DNA from: Antedon mediterranea | Taxonomy: Eukaryota; Animalia; Echinodermata | Direction of reading: 5' to 3' | NCBI RefSeq assembly: GCF_964355755.1 | Contig: NC_092672.1 | Coordinates: forward strand, 2,728,001 to 2,792,000 | Length of the DNA: 64,000 nt | Shown: positions 53,101 to 64,000 of the stretch, piece by piece | Layout: every line of letters begins with the position of its first letter | How positions within the stretch are numbered: position 1 is the first letter of the stretch | Position numbers and translations under genes: made by a program | Notes under the pieces: generated by a model | Database searches by the model: none | Seen by the model: the letters and a program-made list of their open reading frames with translations, nothing else | What the model was told of the DNA's origin: nothing

Positions 53101-56100
53101 AAGAAATGTTGAAAAATAGAGATGTTAGGTCCCGGAAAATGCACTTCTTGTACTTCGAAATATGACCAGCTTTATTGTTGGGGCTGAGCTAAGAAACTGT
53201 TTAAAACTAGAGCTGCAGGTCTTCAAAAAATTGCATTTTATACTTCGGAAAAATCAGGCCTAGAGGCTTAAAAAAAGCAAGCGTAGACCTTTTTCAGTCG
53301 GGGAAATAAGTTTATTCCTCCCAAGTGTATGCGTGCGTACCATCTGGACTCCCGAGTGGTGAGAAATTCATGACATACAGGACATTGAAAATGTAATAAC
53401 TTAGCTATAATAAGATGTTGGCTAAGCGAAAATGGCATGTTTTTTTGTTTAGTAATGGATGAAAAATGTTTTTTAGGTGCCCCACGGTACAGAAGGTTAC
53501 TTGTAAATTTAAAAAATTGGTGAACATACGAACAATTAACATAATTCGTTTTTGCTGTAGTGTAGCAGTACACGATGTAACCGTCAGTAAACTTCGCCTG
53601 GAAAATAACTACAGTACACATTTTGGTCCCTGGATAGAACATGATATCACGCGTCTCGACCCAACGTTGAACGATTCGTACAAAGGGATACCGCCAGACA
53701 AGTGCGAACCTAGCTATTGTTTAGTAGTAAGTTAGATCGCTGGCAATAATGAATGCATATAAAGTGCATAATATCACTCTGACGTAGGCCTACTCTCACG
53801 GTCAATGAAACGTCGCGGTTTTCTAGGCGCTGAAGCAAGCTAGCTACGAAGTGAACGCGAACGCTTTTTACTGTATATTATATTCCCCGACAAAAAGTAC
53901 CCGTGTTCCCTTCGGTAACCGTCGGTAAACTTCGCCTAGAAAATAACTACATTACACATTTTGGTCCCTGGATGGAACTCGATATCACGCGTCTCGACCC
54001 AACGTTGAACGATTCGTACTGAGGGATACCGCCAGACAAGTGCGTACCTAGCTAATGTTTAGTAGTAAGTTAGATCGCTGGCAATAAATGAATGCATAAA
54101 AGTGCATAATAGCCCTCTGACGTACTCTCACGGTCAATGGAACGTCGTAGTTTTCTAGGCGCTGAAGCTATATGAAGTGAACGCGAACGTTTTTTATTGT
54201 ATATTATATTCCCCGACAAAAAGTACCCGTGTTCCCCGACGGGGGGGCTAGGCTCCCCGACGAGGGGGCTAGAGCCCCCGTAGCCCCCCCCCCCCCCCGC
54301 TGGCGCCACCACTGCATTAAATGGAATTTCCACAACAATACTTCGGCTCGCACGATAAATACACGTGGTGATTTTTACAAGAGGGGTACAGTGCGTGTAC
54401 ATTAAATGGAATTTCCACAACAATAGTTCGGCTCGCACGATAAATACACGTGGTGATTTTTACAAGAGGGGTACAGTACGTGTACATTAAATGGAATTTC
54501 CACAACAATAGTTCGGCTCGCACGATAAATACACGTGGTGATTTTTACAAGAGGGGTACAGTGCGTGTACATTAAATGGAATTTCCACAACAATAGTTCG
54601 GCTCGCACGATAAATACACGTGGTCAACAAACAACATACGTTAGCAGGATTTTCGATCATTATTTATTTAAAAAGTAAATTGTATTCGATGTATTATAAA
54701 TATATAGGTCTGGTTGTCGATTGAAAAATAATAATTGAACGATTTGCGCGCGAAACGACATGCAATATCCAGTTGAATTTGTCAACACGCCATGTCAATT
54801 GATATGGGTCGACGCACAGAGGGCGCTTTTTTGACCTAAGAATTCCGATCTTAATTGGTTTCGTGTCAGCTTACCGGTACTTTGTTTATTCGTACGAACG
54901 TCGTATGGGTTTTACCCCAAGGGTAAAAACCAAATAAACGTGTATTTCAATCGCCGTACGAACACGATCTGATTGACCCGTTTGTTATTTGGTCTTTCTC
55001 CTATGACCTAAACACCTTTGATGGCCAATCACGTTTACTTAATATAAATACACCAAACGGACCAATCACACATTGTTGACAATTAAAGTTAAGTTGAATG
55101 CAATTCGAGTTAACTGCAATTCATTTGCACTAAACTTTGAATACAATTCGAGTTAAGTGTAATACAATTGCAGTTAAGTAGCCTACAATGCAATTTAACT
55201 TCAGTGCAAATAAAATGTATTGCACTTAAGTCGAATGTATTGCACTTAAGTTGAATACAATTGCACTTCAGTGCAATGTATTCAACTTAAGTTTAATTCA
55301 GAGGTAAATGATAAAACGGCAATTGCCATAGGCCCACGTCTCCTGCACTGTGAGCAGCCTACTACTAGTACTAAAGCCTGTTTTCCTGTCGACGTTATTC
55401 GACGCTATCGTTAACAAAAATCGGCGATCTTCAACGTAAACATAGAAATGTTAACGATTTACAGGAAAAGGGACTTTTTTAACTAACGATGACGATACAA
55501 AATGTCGCCGATTTACAGGAAAAGGTGTAATAATCGACGGTAATCGACGCTACACAAGTCGCGATCGTTGACAATCGCAAGAGTTGAATCCAGTTCAACT
55601 CTAGCGATATAGCAACGCTAAAACGTAAGAACTGACCAATCATCATGGCGATACAGCACATGACGTCACATAATTGATGGCAAATTCTGCTGACTACATT
55701 TATTTTTGTTGCATCGCGGCGCGGTCAAAGCTAGGCCTAGCCTTCCCAAAGTTACTATAAAATGATGTTCCGGAAAGTAGGCGCGGGGATATTAGGTAGG
55801 TCAAAGTCTTTAGCCTAGTCCAAAATGCTATTTGGACTAGGATAGGCCTACTGAAAACGAAAAACCATCAGTATAGAGATATTAGTATGCCTAGGCCCAC
55901 GTGTCCTACACTGTGAGCCTACTGCTAGAGGCAGGGGAGTCCTCTATTCATTTTTGCGCGTTACGACGACGTCGAGAAAGAAGACCGGAGTTTCAACTCT
56001 AACGTTCAACGCTAGAAATCAGATGTTCGCGCTATCGTTAACATTTCAACTTGATCGTTTTCAAACGATTGTCGTTGAACTTTTAAGGATTAACGATGAT

Positions 56101-56846
56101 AGCGTCGACTAATGTCGACAGGAAAACAGGCTTAAAGCTTGGTTCCCACTAGAACGTAACGTAAGGACGTAAACGCAACGCAAGCGTTTTAACCAATGAC
56201 AAGCGAAGTTATAGACAGTTTTAGCAATCACAAGCGAATAAGCCATCGCTTGTGATTGGTCAATTCACTTGCGTTGCGTTACGTCCTTGTGTTGCGTCGG
56301 TGGGAAAAGGGAATTTACAACTCCCTGGTGGGAACCACGCTTTATAGAGGCAGTGGAATCCTCTATTCATTTTTTCGCATTACGACGACGTCGAATTGAT
56401 CGTTTTAGAACGATCGTCGTTGAACTTTTAACGATTAACGATGAATGATGATAGCGTTGACAGGAAAACAGGCTTAAGTCGACAGGAAAACAGGCTTTAG
56501 GTGACCGTGACGCACCCATTTTGTCATGGACTAACCCTAAAGACAATCGGTAGCGTCAATTGACCTACCTAACTTGACCTCTATGCGATTTAAGCTCTGT
56601 TGACCTTAGTGTGAATAAAATGGATGGTTGATTGTTCACTATACACATTGGGATACAAACGGCTGCGTTTGATTTCAACCCTTTCAACATTCTTCTTAGA
56701 GGATGTACTTGGTCCATTATCTTTATTGCTCTTTCTTTGTTGTTTGACGAGAAAACATTTTCTGTTATCCAAGAAGAGGACGTTCTGTTGCTATAGTGAC
56801 AACTTCGCACGGAAAAGACAATTTGATACCGAAGTGACCGGTACAT
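47184..56846 (-). CDS. NUDT8: NUDT8-like copy B, 267 aa. Exons 56569-56846, 48100-48232, 47892-47972, 47184-47495
   Basis: All four exons are open with intact splice sites and the same Nudix box as copy A. The C-terminal tail is longer and divergent. Confidence 0.88.
50805..52475. mobile_element. MULE-like element with long TIRs
   Basis: TIR gggtgtgtagaaagcgacgacctcgaattggacgacc extending ~260 bp, with 10-bp TSD tcaaccgttc. Confidence 0.88.
51199..51995. mobile_element. MULE-like element nested within 50805-52475
   Basis: Imperfect TIR ggat...gttg(g/a)gccgccgacaa.ttgag and 9-bp TSD tgcatgggg. Confidence 0.75.
52483..54623 (+). repeat. 85-bp tandem repeat array split by a hAT insertion (52483-52692 and 54315-54623)
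   Basis: Unit ttcggctcgcacgataaatacacgtggtgatttttacaagaggggtacagtgcgtgtacattaaatggaatttccacaacaatag. Confidence 0.88.
52693..54314. mobile_element. hAT-like non-autonomous element with an internal ~340-bp direct repeat
   Basis: TIR cag(g/t)ggtggcgccag, perfect 8-bp TSD cattaaat, and 53577-53910 repeated at 53915-54235. Confidence 0.88.
55375..56132. mobile_element. Complete Harbinger-like MITE inserted into an older copy of its own family
   Basis: taa|agcctgttttcctgtcgac ... gtcgacaggaaaacaggct|taa. The body matches 48673-49110 and 56345-56474. Confidence 0.82.
56136..56341. mobile_element. Harbinger-like MITE
   Basis: TIR agc(t/g)tggttcccac(t/c)ag flanked by taa / tta. Confidence 0.75.
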
Positions 56847-58814
56847 GCTTGCAAACGAGAAAATTTTATTGTAAATAAATCCTAAAATGCTTGGTTGAAC
56901 CTGATAAATAAATAAAAATAATCATAGTAAATTGGTTGTTCTTTCCAATCGGGTGCTATAAGACGTCACGACTAGGCCACTACTACTACTCTACTAATAA
57001 TATTAGTAATAATTATTACATTAATAATACTGAAATTGCACAGCTGGTTTACCACACTGGCACCGTACCGTCCCGCAGATATCCTGCCACACCCCTGCCC
57101 ACAAAAATCTATATGCAAAGTTCAGGTACTCTTTATCCTAGCTAGGCTTACTCTACTACTAGGCATAGTACTCCACTCTGTAGTACCTCCTGCGCCTTAC
57201 TACAGCAACGCACGTATCTTGGCTGCCTAAAACTTGTTTTAAACTATACTGCTCTACTGCTGTAGGCCTATGTAATGTACCGACAAATCAAATAAATCAT
57301 TGTCAAATTATTTTTCGAAGAACACAAATTCGTTAAACAATCAACGAACGGGATCTTGTACTTCTTTCAACGTGACATTGTTAATAGCAAAAATGTGTTA
57401 ATTTACAATAAATATACAATATAAAACAGTGTTTTTTGTTTGTGTTTATACTCTAAATACCAGGTCTACCTACCTACCTGCAATTGCTGTACGAACTCTA
57501 ACTAAACGACTTTGATTGGGTCCTACTAAATACCACCAGATACCAGCAGATACCTACCAGAGCAACAAATCCTACCACCAGAAAGCAGCCACCTGTTTAG
57601 AATTATTAATGGTATATTACAAATTTTAATTCTTTCAGAAACTGATAAAATTGAAGTTAGAAGCAACTCCTCCCTGTTAAAAGTCGAATGTCTCGCCGTC
57701 GCAATTCCAGAATCGAATTCGTTCGATCTTATAATCCGTGTCTGTTGTGTATTGTATTCAGCGGTCAACATTACCGTGTGGCGCTATAATGCATTTATTT
57801 GGTCAAATAAATTCATTTATTATTTATTTCATTCCAGACCAACAGCGAAACATCGCCACTACTCAGGCCGGTTAAAATCTTAATAAAAACTACTTTAGAT
57901 AAACAATTTAAATCATTAAAACAAGATGACATCGATCGAATATAGAAAAACGATATTTCAGGTTAAAAGTGATGTAAAATAATAGAATGGAAAGAAGCGA
58001 TCAATATTGGTGCTATTACTTAGGGAATTATATCGCATTTTGGTCAAATAAAATCAGAAATCATTTTCTGTACACTATAACATTTAATAATAAATAAAAC
58101 TAATGTTTACACATTTTTTGTCTTTTAAAAAAAAATGAAACCATAGAATTGACTAGAACGGTCATTTCAGTATTATGTTTAATAATGCGTGTGTCTTTTT
58201 GATCATCTATAATTGTACCCAAAGTATTTATTCATACACAATCCAAATGTTATCGATTTTCATGTAATTAAAAAGAATTGTTACAAAAATACAACAGAAA
58301 ATGACGCACAGAAATTCAAGGCTATTTATTTCAAAACAAGGTTGAATTGGATGACATGACTTCCAAAAAATGTCGATTTACTAAAGGAAAGATTCTTTAA
58401 AGAAAATCTTGATTTTGGTAAAATACGCTATTTTGCCGCCGAAATCAAACACATGTTAGCCGTTTGAGTGGATTGAAATTCTAGTGAGTACATTAACAAT
58501 ATTAAAATTAGCAACTGACTGGGAAACATTAAAAGTAGCCGACCTGATTGACAAGATAAAGGATCGTGAAACCAAAAAGTCATTTTAACCCTTTTGTATG
58601 ATAAACTTCCAACAATGTTATTTGTTATATGTTACTTTTTGCCATACGAATACGATAAAAATATAAATCGGCGTAATGAAAGAAATCGCGCAACGGCGAT
58701 TGGTGTATTTTTTTGTACCAATTTTTTAAGCTGTCGTACATATTTCTCCAGATGCTGTAGCTTACATATATATATGTAAGCTATAGCTATACAGCTTATA
58801 ACATTACAACTAAC

Positions 58815-58894
58815 CTGTTTCTGATTTAACTTAACTTCGTCATCTCCATGACTTCGTGTTCCTTGGTTTTCGTTACTACTGGTCGGCATTTCAC
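58815..58894 (-). pseudogene. Orphan NLR linker micro-exon, frameshifted
   Basis: cag acceptor, gttagt donor and peptide EMPTSSNENQGTRSHGDDEVK. A 5-bp ttaac duplication makes it 80 nt instead of 75. Confidence 0.75.
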
Positions 58895-59119
58895 CTGATT
58901 TAATAAATAAATAACAGAATGAAATTCGAATACCGTATACAGTGCTAAATAAAAAAAAGAGAAAGAAATGAAATACTTCGTCTTCTTTTATAAAAACACA
59001 CCTAGTGTAGCATGTGCAGATTTTCCAAGACAATCTTTAAACCTAGTAATTCTTATAGAAGGTTTTCTGTATCTAATACGAATACAACATCTGTGAATTC
59101 AAATTTATTCAGTTCATCA

Positions 59120-62100
59120 TAATCAATAAATAAATACACTTTTAACTTTTATAAATGTGTTTACTTCCATGCTATAGTCACGTAGTCAGAGTCCTAATTT
59201 CTACCAACTCGAATCTGATAGCCCTGCTCTCGCGGCGCCCCTGGACCCCCTCCCCTCGATGGCAATTTTTCGTGAAGAACCAAGATCGGTTCAAATGGGA
59301 AAGTCAATTCTATCCAACAAAAACAAAGTTATAGTCTGCTGCCCTCTACAGATTTCAGTTAGTAAAACTTCAGAAATATTTAAAGATTTTATAAACTAAA
59401 AAGTATGTTGAAAACGAATATACTGCAACTGTGTTTATTATGTATTGCACTACTGTATTGTATTTTTGTCACTCATTTTCACTGTTTAGAGCCGATCCAG
59501 GTCTGCTTGAAAGAGGTGGTGCAATGGAATCAGAAGAAGGCTAGATATCACAGTTATCGACACCAAGATGTAAAATAATTGTGCATAAGATAACCACATA
59601 ACTATTATTATTATTTAACTTTTACTTATTTTTTCCTTTTTTTTACTTTTATATATCAATATTTAAAGGAAGTCAAAATATCATGGCATCATAGTTTAAT
59701 GACCACGTTTTTTGACCATGTTTTATTTTGTATTGCGCTTTTTATTTAAACTTGTCTTCAAAGATAAAATTATAATCTGGAATATTTTGCGCCGTCTCCT
59801 TATTTTACACGCACGCTAACATTACCGAACTTTTTTTAACCACAGTGTAACTATTATTTAGGCCGCGGCTCCCTAAAGCTATGTCTACACTATCAAACTA
59901 CTTTGACAAAAATTGTGATGTGCCCATATATGGGAGTGCTATGCTTAAATATGGTAGTTCTGACATCATCATGTCCATCTATATATGGGCACATCACATT
60001 TGTTGTCACTTAAAGTTTGACAGTGTAGACAGAGCTTAATTAAAACAACACGTCGCGATTTTTGTTTCAAAATACCCGCGCACAAAAATCCAGCAGCCTA
60101 TGCGTGCCTATTATTAGGATTAACAAGAGCTCAAATCATAATTAATGTTATCGTAACGATTATTGCATAACTAATAAGTGTAAAATATAAAATCTTCGAA
60201 CAGATAGAGGACAACATTTTAGCGTGAAATATTCAAATGTTTGAGGTCTAAGTCTTCGTCTGAAAATCTAGGCCTGTGTGTGGAAAAAAGTCATTCCAAG
60301 TCAGCCTGAGGAGATACGCCCAGCCGACGAACTAACCGCAAGAGTCATGCAGTTCAAACTCAGTGGTGAGTAAGCCTGCCTACATTGGTGTCAATCTAGG
60401 AGTACATACAACCTTTATTGAATATGATATTATACTTATTTACTTTAATTTACAATATCATTCTATTTTATAATATATTATACTATTTTTGTTGGAAGAA
60501 GGAAGTCTGTTTTACTATCTAACTTTATGAGAAATTCGGAGATTGTTGGTAATCTGAAAAAGGATGCATTCATTGAACGGCGCAGATCCGTTTTTAATAT
60601 CGGAGGGGGGGGGGGGGGAGGCACGTATAAAAATGAAATACTTTTTAGTACATTTAGGCTGTCATGCACGTCATAGAAGTCATACTTTCTATTCATTTTA
60701 ACAATTTAATGATTTTTCTGTTGGGAGTGTGAGGGGGACAGTCCCCACTAAAAATATGTGGGAGGGGGAGACATGTCCCCACCAGGATCTGCGCAGGTGA
60801 TTCCTTGGCAATTAAACTAATTCCTTGGCCCCTGTAGGCAATTAAACTAATTTCTTTATGATCATACAATCATAAGTACAATCAAAAGTTCAAAAATTTA
60901 GACGAACAAAACAGAGAAAAAAAAAGAGTTCTACTGTAGCATGTAGCTTTTATTAATCTGAACACTAGAGGGCACTATTACATTCAACAGATACTTCTTT
61001 CAGTTCTCTTAGTATATCATGTGACCTTAGTATATCATGTGACTAAAACATGCTTTAAAATGTTTGTACAGAACATGATACTTTAAAAAGTAAATAATTA
61101 AACAAAAGTTCCATATAAGGTAATATGTCTTCCATATACCTGATTTGTTTAGTGGAATGATACTAATATAGCTACACTACTTTTATATGACAAATTTAAT
61201 ACACGTATAAACATCCCTACATACAGAATCACTGTTGTTACCATCTACACAAGCTAAACATTTGGTATTCAATATTCTTTGATAAATATTTTTTTAACAA
61301 AAAAGAATGTGAACATAATTTTAACATTTTTTTCTTATTTAGCATTGTCATTGATGCTATCATATCCATTCATCATCCTATGCCTACCATAAAGGGGAAG
61401 ACTATAGGAATTATTTGTAGGCTAAATACAACAAAAAATATTTATACAAATATTTTTAGTCACAATATATAGCGACGTCTAAAGACACTAAACAAATTTG
61501 GCAAGTAGTTTACAGTATAATAATAAATAATTGAGAAATTCTCATAAAACACTATTAAAATAATATTTTTGTATTTAAATTACGTTTTTTTTTTTGCATT
61601 TTACATGATTGCTTTAGGTTGCTTAATTTGCATACCAATTATTCAGTTTTGTTGACGGATGAGAATTTATAGATTTGGTCACATTTCATTAAGTTTTATT
61701 ACTGTTTTAGAAAAAAATGATCATGGAAAAATTGGTGTGCATTAAAACAAATATTAATTTCTTTAATTGTTATATTCTTTTGTGATTAGTAATCAATAAT
61801 TTGTAATTATAAGTAGTGGGTATAAATACAAACTTGATGGTTCATTTAACTTTAACAATTAAAACGATAAAACATTACGATCAATATTATCACATGAAAA
61901 GCCTATCCAATAATGTGATAATGTACTAAACCCCAAAAAAACATGAAATTGCATTCATAAGTGGCATTTAACAACATAGCCTGGTAATACATTCAATGTA
62001 TTATTCCTGTGTGACTGATATTCAACCATTTCTTGTTCCAATTATCCTATATCCTCAATAGATAATGTATCTCCCTGAAGATACAACTAATAATTAGCAA

Positions 62101-64000
62101 GTCTTTTTTTTTTACAAAATAAGTTAAAGAAAATTTAAATATATTGTTTGTATATTCAATTTCACACCATAGTACTTTATCATTTTAGTGTGAACATTAT
62201 ACTCTCATTACGAAAGGCTACAAATATCATAAATAATATATTACAATCTATACATGGCGTTTCCATCCGCTTTATATATAATAACATAAGTGACTTATTA
62301 ACTACATATACTAATTAGGTGGTGTATTAAACATAAAGCTACTGTACTTAATAAATAGTGAGTGAAAAAAAATAGACACATGCAATAACTTGGAACATCT
62401 GAATATTATGGAGTACCCCCTCTATTTTGATGACTCAGAAACAAATGTAGGCTTGGTAGTCCAGCTTGCATGGTAACAGAAGTAGGTCGGTTCCTTGTAA
62501 TCAAGTTATAATGAGAACATGCGATTCCCAACACACATTCTCCATGGGGGAAAATTCCATACGAAAAGAGTAAGAGTAAATCAGGTCGAGGCAAATGACA
62601 AAGATAGGCATTGGGAAGAAACCTCTGGGAACCGATTAGGGACATCACCATTTGGGCATTTTTTTTTAAAGCAATGCGACATGCATTTACATTAACACTA
62701 CTTTGCTTCAAATTCTAATCCTGTTCAGTTAAGTTTACAAGTAACCAATATCAATGTCCCGTATCAATGCGCAAAACAGTATGTACCATTAGCTCTGCCC
62801 AAAGCTTATTACCATTAACTAGGTCATTTACCATCTACACCCAAATTAAAAAAACCCAAAATATTTGTTAATAAATAGCAATAAACACATGGTATGAAAA
62901 ATGAGTCTTAAAATAACCACAAAAAATGTATAAATAAATTATAAAAAATATTACTAAATATACAAAATAGTTCTTTAAAATTATTTGCTTTCGCTAAGTA
63001 GGATATGATATATCTCTTTTACAGAAATCAATACGTTAAATCTTGATTAAATTTCACGTAATTTTTCAGCACCATTATTTACTGCCTTGTCGGGCCTAAC
63101 AACATGTTTAATAAATGTGACACACTTATCGACAAGTCACTATACATTTGAAAACATGAAATGAAAAAATGCAAAGTAATTAGGAGAAAGCATGGGTGAA
63201 AATGATCACGACACCTTTTTTACACTAAGGCAAATTCGTTGTAGTCTTGTCAACACAAATAAATACCTTAATGTTTGATATATATCATGACATTTTTATT
63301 CATTTTTATTAGATCAACAGGAAACAAGATAGTAATAAGTGTTTAAGAAAAATAAGTTTTTTAATTCCCCTAAAATATACTCAATTATTTTATTGGGAGT
63401 AGTAGTAGTAGATAATGTCTTTCAATAAACATATATTTATGTTCAAATTAGGTTAAAAAAGAAAAAAACAACGAATACATTTATTTTAAACAAATAAATT
63501 TCATCATAATATTGTAATTACTAATAAAAAAAATGTATATAAATATATATACAATTTTTAATATGTTGGAATGTAAAAATAATTGTGTACATTTTAAATA
63601 TTCATAATAAAAATCAGTTACATTATTTATTTAAACACTAATATTTAATTTAAATAAAACAATTGTATACTATAACATTAGGAATTAAATGGGCTGAGTT
63701 AAAAAGTAAAATTTTATATAAAAATGATTATATTGTAATTTGAAACTCTGATGAATTGAATATTTCAATGGAAAGAATAAAACAACATAAAGATTCATTT
63801 TTGACAACAATCTTAACTCGTAATTTATTTCCTCAATCTAGAATTTGAGTAAATTATTTTGTTAAAATTTCGGCAACAAATTGGAAGTAACAAACAGATA
63901 CAGATAGATGGATATCACAATTTAATAGTGAAAATTGGTAGATGGGTAAAACAAACCAAATTTATACTTAAGTTGCACCAAAAGCTATTGAATGTATTCA
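59120..64000 (+). repeat. Paralogue of 8210-15408, including a second GSTK1 last-exon relic at ~59290-59370
   Basis: Moderately diverged up to ~60600 and near-identical from 60843 to the window end. Confidence 0.92.

Larger units (their letters stand above)
49114..55320. mobile_element. Large TIR element with ttgcactgaagtgcaa subterminal repeats
   Basis: gccgttttatcatttacctctgaattaaact at 49114 and its exact reverse complement ending at 55320. Superfamily unassigned. Confidence 0.8.
48673..56496. mobile_element. Harbinger-like host element (outer layer of a TE nest in NUDT8-B intron 1)
   Basis: TIR (agcc)tgttttcctgtcgac / gtcgacaggaaaacaggct. The flanks rejoin to match copy A at ~19100. Confidence 0.75.

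Noticed and set aside
54070-54608. Three ORFs starting MRAELLLWKFHL
   Set aside because: They are frames of the 85-bp tandem repeat.
57526-57771. 81-aa ORF at the NUDT8-B upstream breakpoint
   Set aside because: There is no recognisable motif or supporting exon structure.

Overview
AT-rich animal genomic DNA with spliceosomal GT-AG introns. An invertebrate deuterostome, possibly an echinoderm, is my inference from gene and repeat style. The window is a segmentally duplicated, TE-rich cluster built from three genes. (1) Two minus-strand NLR immune receptors with the architecture tandem-DED / low-complexity linker / NACHT / LRR. The linker is encoded by an array of paralogous, frame-symmetric (phase 1-1) micro-exons that is gained and lost between copies. 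(2) Two intact NUDT8-like CoA-pyrophosphatase Nudix genes. (3) One intact GSTK1 ending in the PTS1 signal SKL, lying head-to-head with NUDT8, plus one GSTK1 pseudogene and two older last-exon relics. Other content includes a truncated CR1-type LINE, a 5S-derived SINE, MULE-, hAT-, Harbinger-, Kolobok- and P-like non-autonomous elements, a multi-layer TE nest in one NUDT8 intron, probable P-type excision footprints, and a minisatellite whose single-copy progenitor is visible in the paralogue. The most interesting system is the modular tDED-NLR: conserved DEDs, a cassette micro-exon linker, and a NACHT-LRR exon that is more divergent than its flanking intron and varies in LRR copy number. All gene models were built by hand and have no expression support.
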